The position numbers and the translations under genes are program-made. Source: Diplonema japonicum (taxonomy: Eukaryota; Protista; Euglenozoa: Diplonemea). From it: a stretch of DNA of 64,000 bases. Positions 1-9,395 of this stretch are shown in pieces; the first letter of the stretch is position 1, and every line of letters starts with the position of its first letter. Location of the stretch: the NCBI GenBank assembly GCA_964019335.1, contig OZ025684.1:1-64000 (forward strand), written 5' to 3'. The notes below the pieces were generated by a model, which saw nothing but the letters and a program-made list of their open reading frames with translations, had not been told where the DNA came from and did no database searches.

Positions 1-868
1 GGGTTTGCGGGTTTGCGGGTTTGCGGGTTGCGGGTTTGCGGGTTTGCGGGTTTGCGGGTTTGCGGGTTTGCGGGTTTGCGGGTTTGCGGGTTTGCGGGTT
101 TGCGGGTTTGCGGGTTTGCGGGTTTGCGGGTTTGCGGGTTTGCGGGTTGCGGGTTTGCGGGTTTGCGGGTTTGCGGGTTTGCGGGTTTGCGGGTTTGCGG
201 GTTTGCGGGTTTGCGGGCGGTTTGCGGGTTTGCGGGTTTGCGGGTTTGCGGGTTTGCGGGTTTGCGGGTTTGCGGGTTTGCGGGGTTTGCGGGGTTTGCG
301 GGTTTGCGGGGTTTGCGGGGTTTGCGGGTTTGCGGGGTTTGCGGGGTTTGCGGGGTTTGCGGGGTTTGCGGGGTTTGCGGGGTTTGCGGGGTTTGCGGGT
401 TTGCGGGGTTTGCGGGTTTGCGGGTTTGCGGGTTTGCGGGTTTGCGGGTTTGCGGGTTTGCGGGTTTGCGGGTTTGCGGGTGCGGTTGCGGTTTGCGGGT
501 TGCGGGTTTGCGGGTTTGCGGGTTTGCGGGTTTGCGGGTTTGCGGGTTTGCGGGTTTGCGGGTTTGCGGGTTTGCGGGTTTGCGGGTTTGCGGGTTTGCG
601 GGTTTGCGGGTTTGCGGGTTTGCGGGTTTGCGGGTTTGCGGGTTTGCGGGTTTGCGGGTTTGCGGGTTTGCGGGTTTGCGGGTTTGCGGGTTTGCGGGTT
701 TGCGGGTTTGCGGGTTTGCGGGTTTGCGGGTTTGCGGGTTTGCGGGTTTGCGGGTTTGCGGGTTTGCGGGTTTGCGGGTTTGCGGGTTTGCGGGTTTGCG
801 GGTTTGCGGGTTTGCGGGTTTGCGGGTTTGCGGGTTTGCGGGTTTGCGGGTTTGCGGGTTTGCGGGTT
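1..868 (+). repeat. Tandem array of the 8-mer GGGTTTGC (telomere-like or satellite), with a block of 9-mer GGGGTTTGC variants at about 282-410
   Basis: Directly visible: about 105 units with occasional GGGTTGC or GGGGTTTGC variants, ending GGGTT at 868. The G-rich strand points into the genes, opposite to a canonical left-end telomere. Confidence 0.97.
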
Positions 869-907
869 CGCGTCGGGGCTGGAGATGTCTGGTAGCGGCA
901 CTGCCCC

Positions 908-3900
908 CTAGGGCTCCCTCACCTCCGTCGCGTCAGGGGTTCCCCCCTCCCCCGCGGGGGCCAAGTCCGTCCCTCCGACGACCGGGGGGGCGGCGGGGAT
1001 GTCCGCCTGCGGAGCACCGCCCTCCAGCCCGTCCTCGCTTTCCACCTCCATCAAGCCGAAGTCCTCCCCCTGCAATGAGAGAGGGCCTGTCTGCAACGCC
1101 ACCTGCTCCTCTGGCATGTCCTCTGCCGGGTCCTCCTCCATCGCGCTGGGGCCATCCTGCGTCGTGCACACTTCCTCCTCTCCAGCGGGCATGTCGGCTG
1201 ATTCGGTTTTTGTCGTGCCTGACGCGTCCTCCGTCGAGGGTGGGGGGGCGCCCGCTGCCTGGGCTTCCTCGTCTCCTGGGCCATCGGGGGGGATGTCTGG
1301 GGCCGGGGGTGGGTCGGGCGGTGCTTGTGTCTCTTTGATCGGGTGCCTCCTCCTCGTCTCCACTGCCACCTCTCTCATGAGGGCTACGCTCAGTTCCTCT
1401 GTCATGGTCCTATAGACCTCCGTCGCGTCCCGCTGCCTCTTCTTCGCCACCTCCGCCGCGATCCTCTTCAGCACCCTCCTGGCGTCGGTCCAACCCGCCA
1501 AACGTCTCCAGAGCACAGGGGGTGAACCGTATCCGGGCTCTCTCGCAGTCGCTCGCGTACTTCGCCCGCTTCGACTCCGCCTGTTTCTCCGCAGCCGCCC
1601 CCGGAACCGCCATTGCCGCCGCCAGGTGGGCGCTCGCGCACGGGTGGGCCACCGTCACGTCGATGGCCAGAGGGCCCTCGCCTTCCACCCCCATCGGGAG
1701 GTAAACGTCAGCAGGCTTTCTCCCGTCACCCAGGAGGCCTTGTTGCTCCTTCACCGCTTGCAACCCGCCGCTGTAGCAGTGCTTCACCAACATGTCCCTC
1801 ACCCTGTCGTGCCTCTTCGTCATGACCGCACCTCTCTTGCAAACCATGGCATGGTCGCCTAGGGCGTCGTTGTCCTCACCGCACATCGGGCACTTCCCCT
1901 CGGACCCGACTGCGGTGCCAAGGAGCCAGCTGGTCAGCGTCCTGAACTCATCGTTCTTTAGTTCGTTATTCAAGCCCGTGATCGCCGTCAGCCAAGCCCC
2001 TGCTTTGTGAACCTTCAGCGAGTTCAACCTGGCCTTGTCCCTACCACCCGGGGAGCTCCCGAACAGCGCACCCCAGGACTTCTCCTCGAGGATCTGCGAC
2101 ATCTTCCTCTGAGGGTACAGCCTCGGGGTGTTTCGCAGCAGGTCCACGGAGAGCCTGTCAGGATCGTCGGCTGCGAGGTGGCCGTTGAACCACTCGACCC
2201 CCCACTCCCAGCCACCCGCCAGTGAAGCGTCCCAGTCGTACCCCCCCAGGATCTCCGACGCCAGCTCCTGGGTCGCCGCCAGCGAGGCCATGTTCGCCAC
2301 TAGGGCGTGTTCGCTGCAGCTGCGAAGGCCCATCCCTCCCCTCCTCGTCGCAAGCTTCGCCTGGCTCCACTCCCTCTCCCCGAGCTCCCGGGCAAGAAGG
2401 TGCTCCATCGCCCCCTTCACCAGGCCGTCGAATTCCGTCAAGGGGCCCGCTAGCTGCGTGTGCGGTACCGTGCGCATGAGGTGGACCATCTTGCTGTACG
2501 AGCTGCAGTTCTTCACCAAGGCGTAGCCCGACTGGGTCCTCATCTTCTTCTGCATCTCGAAGGTCTTGCCCAGGGCCTCGAGTTTCTTTGCCAAGAAAGC
2601 CTTCGTGTACTCCGCGTCCCCTATGGGGGTCCCCAGGAGCTCGAAGTTCCCATCCGAGCTCATTTTCTCCTTGGAGAAACCGGAGAAGCCCCACTCTTCT
2701 GGGTCGGTCGGCTTCTCACCAGACACCCAGATCAACTCGCACTTCTGCGGCTTCACCTTCAGGCCTCGCTTCGCCGACTCCTCTACCACGATGCGGTAGG
2801 CCTTCTCCACCTGTCCCCTCTCTCCGGCCAGGAACCCGTCATCGAGGTAGAAGAACTGGAGGTCCAGACTTGTATCCGCCCTTATCTTCTCCAGTACTGG
2901 CTGCAGCGCGAGGGAGAACAGCAACGGACCCACCGGGTCGCCCTGCTGGACCCCCTCCCTCGAGAGTAGCTCCGTCCCCTCGTGGAACAGCTTGGATGGG
3001 TGTCTGTAGCAAGATTCGGCCCACTTGTACCCCTTGGGAACCTTCGCGCACGCCTCCTTTAGCATCTCGTACCTGCTGATTGTGTTGAAGGCGTTTGCGT
3101 AGTCTATCTTGATCGCCACTCGGGACACGTCGTCCTGTTTCGCCTTCTCCACGTACTGCCTTGTCGCGTGGACAGCCGCCTCCATCCCCGCGGGGACCGC
3201 CACCCCGATCTGGCCCCCCTTCCTCAGGTAGGACTTGGCCACTTCCGCCCCTTCCTTGTCAAGGATTGCCTTCCCTACAAGTCGTCTCAGGCTCTCTCCT
3301 ACGGCGATCGGACGGACTCCCCTGTCCGGTTTCCGCAGCGGAATCAAGCTCGCCCCTAGTAGCACCGGTGCCACCTCAGCCGGAGTCTGACCTCTGGCCA
3401 TGATATTGCACACCTCGGTGAGAGCCGCCAGGGCCCCTACTTCCGTCACCACGCCGTCCACCCCGTCCTTCAGGTGTTGGGCGCTCAACCCAGTCGGCCC
3501 AGCCGCTTTCCCCTTGTCAAAGTCCCGGACCATGCTCAGAACGTCGACGGCCGTGACGTCCTCGAAGGAGTCAGCCGGATTCAGTTCTAACCCCGAGGGG
3601 TCAACCGATGCCTCAGGGTGGAGGCCCAGGAGCTTCTCGAAGGTCTCGGTGGAGTCCTCCGCCAACCCTCCCGCAGTTAGCGCTGCGTTGGCTCTGGAGA
3701 AGCGCCCATCCCTGCACAGCGTCTCCCCTCTCTTCAGCCTGGATTCGTCGTCTGGATCCTTCGAGACTCTCTTCTCCGATAGGGGGACTCCGTTCCACAC
3801 CTGCTGGTACTCCCCTCTGATCCAGGCCTCCAACTTCTGCTTGGCGCTGCTCTCCCCGGACTTCCGACGTGCCTTTCCACCCCTGCGTCTGCCCAGGCAA

Positions 3901-6900
3901 GCCTTCGGAAGCATCAGGAGCAGCACCCACGACAGGTAGGAGTTCTCCTGCTTCACCCTCACCAGTGCCGTCTTTAGCGCCAGACTCCACAACCCTTGGA
4001 GCGGGACGGGGATGTGCTTCATGAGGCCCACTTTCCGGGTGGCCACCTCCTCCAGAGAAGGAAGTGCGTCCAGGCTAGGGGCCGCCTTCACATCCACGGG
4101 ACCCCCAGGAGCGCTGTACCTGGCGATGCACCTGACGTGAGCCGCCTCCCGTTCGCCCACCACCGACCCACACACGCAGGTCTTGAGGCCAAACTTCTTC
4201 AGCTCCTGCGGGAGTACCTCCTCGTCCAGCAGGTGGTCGTTCAAGTGGGACTTCAGCAGTTCCCACCCCAAGATCGCCGGGCCTCCCATGTGGGACGACC
4301 TCTCGCACCCCCTCACCGGGCACTGGAAACTCCTGACCTTGCTGTCCAGCCGTGGGGCATCTTTCATGTGGTGTCCGTTGGGCCTGATGGAGGACTCCGG
4401 CATCAGGAGGTGGGCGAGGTCCAGGATGGCGGGCCTGGTCCCCGAGGGGGCTAGCCTCGCCTCCACCGCCCAATCCACCAGGGTGGACTTTCCGCCCTCC
4501 GAGACCAACACAGGCCTGTAGTGGGATCCCGTGAAGCCAAGCACCACCGTATCCTCCGGTTCCCTTGCCTCCCCGAGCTTCAAGACCTGGGCGTCACCCC
4601 CGGTCACGACCACGACCGTCTTTTGCCAGACCTCCACCGCCGCCTGCAGACAAAGGTGGTCCCCCCACTCCCCTTGCTTTGCCATGTAGTCGATGTAGGC
4701 CTCAAAACCGATCGGATCCACAAAGCTCTCGAACCTGCCCCTGTTGTCCCTTATGTGGCTGACCACCCGACTCCTCACCTCTCCGTGTCGTTCCTTCTCC
4801 CCCAGCAGCACCACAGCCAGAGAGCGGAACAAGCAATCCCCTCCGCCCCCAGCATCCTCCTCCTTGGCACCCACCTCGTGCAGGATCGACTCCCTGGTGA
4901 CAGACGTGCCCGATATCCCACGGACGAGGCGGGAGGGCTCCTTCTCGGGCTTGGGCCGGCAATTCACGCACCGCTCCTTGTTCCCCGCCGTGAACAGCAC
5001 GCTGCACCCTCCGCAGATCGCGAAACCCATCGCCTTCGCGTTCTCTGGCGTGAGCTCTCCGGCGTGGGTCTTCGACAGGTGGTACTGCAAGCCCGCCTTC
5101 GACGAGTGCTCTTTCCTACCCTTCTCACACAGCAGGCACTCCCACACTCCGTCGGTCCTTCGGGAAGCCCCGGCCGTGCTCCTACTGGTGGCGGGGGGGC
5201 CTCCGGCTGTGCCTGGGGGCGGAGGCGGGGGTGGGGGTTGGGAAAGCGTTGCTCCGCCTTTGAGCGAGGAGGCTTCAAAGGGGAGGTGGGGCACGGGGCT
5301 CCGATAGACCACCCTGGTATAGGGCCCCCAACGTCTCCTGGCCACCCACCTCTTCCTCGCAAGGTGTTTCCCGGCCCTCGACCTGATGGCCCTCCTGGCC
5401 ATCGCAGCCCTCTCCTCCGCTTCCGCTATCCCGATGAGCCGGGCTGCAACAGCTGGAGGGGCGGGACCGCACCCCTTCTTCTTGCGGGCTTCCCTTTCCC
5501 TCCTCTTCTCGACCCTTCTCTGGCGGTGCAGCCTCCTCCGCTCCCTGTCAGCGATTTCCCTAGCCTTCTCCCTGGCCTGGGCCCTCTCCTCGCGGCGCCT
5601 TTGGAGGGTGGCCTCGCTACGGTGTCTCCTCCTCCGGCCCTTCGTCACCGTCTGCCTCGTCTTCCGGGGTCCCGGGGCCAACCAGGGTACTCCCCCTCCT
5701 TTCCTCCCCTGCGGGGCGCGCTCCGGCTTCCATCTTTCCTCCTGGGCCACCGCCCCCACCACCCCCTGGAGGGTGGTGGAAACGGGGGCCAGGACCCCCC
5801 TCCTGTTAGTGAGTGTGGGTGTGTTTTTTTGTTTATTTTCCACCCTCAAAAAAAGTCCCGGACCCATTCGGATCCGGGTGTAAAGGGGGGGTGACAATGG
5901 GGGGGCCGAAGGGGCGCTAACCTCTCTAGGGAGAGCACCCTTCTCTTTTTTCTTCTTATCCTCCTTCTGGGAGGAAACAAAGGGGGGGGAATCCACTTGG
6001 GGGGGGTTTGCAAGGGGGGGATTTACAAGAGGGGGGACAGATAAACCATAAATAGAAGAAGCAGAGGAAGGGGCGCTACCCTCTCTCGGGAGTGCACCCT
6101 TCCCTTTTTTTTTTTTCTTATCCTCCTCCTGGGAGGGAACAAAGGGGGGGGAATCTACAATGGGGGGGTTTGCAAGGGGGGAATTTACAAGAGGGGGGAC
6201 AGATAAACAAGAGAAAGAAGAACAAGAAGAAGCGGAGGAAGGGGGGGAAGGGGCGCCTCCCTCTCTCGGGGACACCTCCTTCGCACTCTCTTTCCTTCTC
6301 CCCACAAACACAGTTTTTTTTTTTTCTATTTCCTCCACAGAGGACACAGAGGGGGAGGGGAGGGGCACGGGGCAGCCAACCGTCCGCAGGGTGATCGACA
6401 CCCTGGAGCCCGAAGAACACCCTTCGGGGATGTGGTGGGTCCATTCGTAGCGGGCCTCACCCTCCAGAATGGCCCAGGTGAAGGGAGGCACCAGGTACTT
6501 CGATACCCTGGACCCCTTCTTCAGGACCATCGTGGTCTCTGCGCCGTACGAGAGGATGAGGACCACTGGTCCCAACCTCACGTCGTCGGTGTGGTGGGCG
6601 ATTCCACACCCAGGCTCGTATCGATTTACGAGCACCTGGTCTGGGGTGATCCCCAGCCCCGCTGCGGTGGCCACCTCCGCCACCCAACCCCTGGCCCCCT
6701 CTGGGATCGGGGTGGTGCGGCGCACTTTGGCACGGGCACCCACCCACCTGAAACCAAATTGGAGGGTTTCCCTCCCTTTGTTCCCCGAAATGGTCTCCCA
6801 CCTCCCCGAGAGCAAGGTCTCTGGGTGGGTGGGGGCTGGGCCTGTTCTTAAGCCCGGGGGGTGGTCCCCTCCCGTGAGCACCCACCCTCCTTTTTTCTTT

Positions 6901-7157
6901 TTTTCCCCCCTCTCAGTCTTCAGGCGGGTGGCGGTGGCGGCTGCGGAATCGGGAGCGGGCGCGCTGGCTGCGGGTGGTTCTATTTTTTTATGTTTTTTAT
7001 TATTTTTGACGACATCTAGAGGGGATCTAAGGGGAGGGGAGGGGTCATACTGCCCGGCCAGATTTCGGTCTGGTCGGGTGGTCGGCTTGGTCGGCGTCTC
7101 TCGTAGGCGTTCCTCCTGCGGGCGGCGGTCTCCGACGACGTTTCGTCTAGGGTCCAT
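908..7157 (-). CDS. Retrotransposon polyprotein: AlkB-like dioxygenase, Pro/Lys-rich repeats, C2H2 zinc finger, OTU protease, reverse transcriptase, CCHC plus restriction-like endonuclease; one frameshift near 1490
   Basis: ORF 1410..7157: AlkB (VNRYEPGCGIAHHTD..WTHHI..RVSITLR), ZnF (CLLC..HLSKTH), OTU (GGDCLFRS..WG..SHY), RT (RPIAVGE, KIDYANAFN, GVQQGDP, YLDD), CPMC..HAMVC, RHD, KPADV..AIDVT, ETFGG. The conserved CRE C-terminus (DARRVLKRIA..LSVALMR) continues in ORF 908..1516. Confidence 0.9.
5890..6290 (-). repeat. In-frame internal tandem duplication (about 170-190 bp, roughly 2.5 copies) within the retrotransposon ORF
   Basis: PRE(G/V)xAPS occurs three times; LSVPPLVNxPLANPPxVDSPPFVxSQxEDKKKK occurs twice. 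Confidence 0.85.
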
Positions 7158-7298
7158 TTTTATTTTTTTTTTTTTTGTGTTGAGGGGGGAGGGGATCCTT
7201 TGCTAAACGGCAGGCGGGCCGGGCCGAAACAACCCCCCCAGACGACGACGAACGGACACCGAGCGGACGCAGCAGGCACCAACAAAAACACAGACGAC

Positions 7299-7337
7299 CA
7301 ATAAAGTACAGAAACTGTAGCTTTAGAATCGTTGGTT
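7299..7337 (-). other. Complete 39-nt diplonemid-type spliced-leader exon, AACCAACGATTCTAAAGCTACAGTTTCTGTACTTTATTG
   Basis: Reverse complement of 7299-7337 is exactly 39 nt, with the euglenozoan SL 3' motif CAGTTTCTGTACTTTATTG and the diplonemid 5' AACCAACGATT. It is followed by GTCGTC and lies 141 nt upstream of the ATG at 7157. Confidence 0.93.
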
Positions 7338-7342
7338 TTTTT

Positions 7343-8170
7343 GCATGCAAGCACACAGACACACCCGCACCCGCACAGACACGAGCACGAACACAACACA
7401 GACACACGCACGCACACAGGCGCAGACACACCCACACAAGCACGAACACACACAACACGACTGCCACACCCACGCACACAGGCACAGACACGCACACCCA
7501 CAAAAACACGAACTCACACACAACACGACTGCCACACCCACACCCGCACAGACACGAACACGAACACAGCACAGACACGCACACACACAGGCACAGACGC
7601 AGACACACGCACGCACACACCCGCACCCACACCCGAACCCGCACAGACACTAACACAACACAGGCACACGCACGTACACAGGCACAGACGCAGACACCCG
7701 CAAGCACACAGACACACCCGCACAGACACGCCCACACCCGCACACAGACACACGCACGCACACAGACACACCCACACCCACACCCGCACCCGCACAGACA
7801 CGAACACAACAGACACACGCACGCACACAACACAGACTGCCAGACACACACGTACACCCACACACACACAACAGATGACACATGCAAGCACACAGACACA
7901 CGCACCCTCACAGACACGAACACGAACACACGCACGCACACAAGCGCAGACACGCACACCCACACAAACACGAACACACACACAACACAGACTTCCAGAC
8001 ACACACGCACACCCACACAGACACACGCACACCAGCACCCGCACAGACACGAACACGAACACAACACAGACACACACGTACACAGGTACAGACGCAGACA
8101 CACGCCCGCACACAGACACACCCACACCCGCACCGGCACAGACACGAACACGAACACAGACACACGCGCG
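7343..8170. repeat. Degenerate CA-rich (GT-rich on minus) minisatellite of about 830 bp upstream of the SL
   Basis: Recurrent motifs CACCCGCACAGACACGAACAC, CACAGGCACAGACGCAGAC and CATGCAAGCACACAGACAC; the plus strand is almost free of T. Confidence 0.9.
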
Positions 8171-8311
8171 TAAACCCGCAAACCCCTTTGCGGAACTTTT
8201 TTTCTTTCTTAGAAAAAGATTTTTGTACTTAGAAAAAGAAATTCCTTTTCTTCCTTCTTTTCTTTTTTTTTTTTCCAATTTTAAAAAACCAAGTGATTGC
8301 TTTATTTCTCG

Positions 8312-8333
8312 TGCGGGTTTGCGGGTTTGCGGG
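8312..8333 (+). repeat. Short GGGTTTGC tract on the element's 5' side; an inverted copy AAACCCGCAAACCC lies at 8172-8185
   Basis: Direct reading. Confidence 0.9.
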
Positions 8334-9395
8334 CCTGCGGTGTAAGCCGTGTATCCTTGTGGGGAGGGATGCGTTCCATAGATCGGTGCTTCCTACCCAC
8401 CGCATCCTGGGGCATACTTGCTGGTGATCCGGTTTTGCAAACAACGCGAGTCAGCAACCAAGGCCACGGCAAAGCCACAAGGAAGCAGCATAGCATTTCT
8501 CGCCGAAGTCACTACAGGTGGTTCTTGTCACGTTACGTTCCACCATCATAAAAGTTCACGTGTTACATTTTTCTTTTTGTAGCTTTGTGGTCATGTTGAA
8601 CGAGTATACTAATAGCATATGGCCGGGAAGGCATTGCATCAAAGCCCTGATATTAAGAAATTAGAAAAATAGCAAGGAAACTTACATTTGCGAGGGAGAA
8701 AATCTTTATTTTGACAGCCTGTTTCCCTTGACCTAAATTCGCAAGGAGCGGGGGGAACGTAGCGTTTTCTTCTTTCCCACTTTTTCTACCAAATTCTGCA
8801 GTGCGAAATTATCTGACATAAGAAGAATGACTTTAGCGGCTTCATAAACCGCCTGCTTTTATATATAATATTTAAATACTTTGCCCGTCCAATGCAAAAT
8901 CATTTGTGTACATGTTAAATGAAGAAGGGAAGCTGCCGACCCGCGCAAAGTATTCGCACGAGTGCTACTCAATAAAAAAGTACCCGGAGTCAACTAACTC
9001 CTTAAGAAAGAAACAAGAAACAAACACACAAGGACATGATCAATAATATAAAGGCTTTTTTTTGATTCTGGTCCTTGTTCTCATTCTGAATTCTAGCACC
9101 ATGTCTATCAAGCGAGGTATAGAATTCTAAGAAATCCAACAAGGATGGAGATAAAATTATATCAATCGTGAATCAACCATTCACGCTGCTAGGGGATACA
9201 CAACAGCATCAAAATAGAAGTGCATTCAGAAGGCAATCCGTTTTAAAGCAGAAAGACAAAGAGTTCTTTTAGATCAACATTGTCACGCAGGCGCCTTTGG
9301 GGACAAAGAGTTCTTCCTGATCAACATTGTCACGTTGGCTGAATATTGCGCTCTTTATTTTGAAAGTGTTTCACTGCACATTTTCTCCTCTTTTA

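Larger units (their letters stand above)
869..8311 (-). mobile_element. CRE/SLACS-clade (RLE-type) non-LTR retrotransposon at the GGGTTTGC repeat; 5' boundary is 7337 (SL) or 8311
   Basis: One long ORF with CRE-type RT and RLE. The 3' end abuts the array with no poly(A), and repeat units resume at 8312 (TGCGGGTTTGCGGGTTTGCGGG). Confidence 0.88.

Noticed and set aside
1-868. Canonical left-end telomere
   Set aside because: Strand polarity is reversed relative to the genes; reported only as a telomere-like array.
5-1338. Plus-strand ORFs reading RVCGFAGL repeats
   Set aside because: Translations of the stop-free 8-mer array.
7230-7337. Bona fide SL RNA gene
   Set aside because: The SL exon is followed by GT, but no recognisable SL intron, Sm site or tandem array is visible, and it leads into the retrotransposon UTR.
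7147-8345. VCVC- and HTHT-rich ORFs on both strands
   Set aside because: Artefacts of the CA/GT minisatellite.
9255-9335. 33-bp imperfect direct repeat downstream of the ABCB gene (CRISPR-like?)
   Set aside because: Only two copies in a eukaryotic 3' UTR; a simple local duplication.
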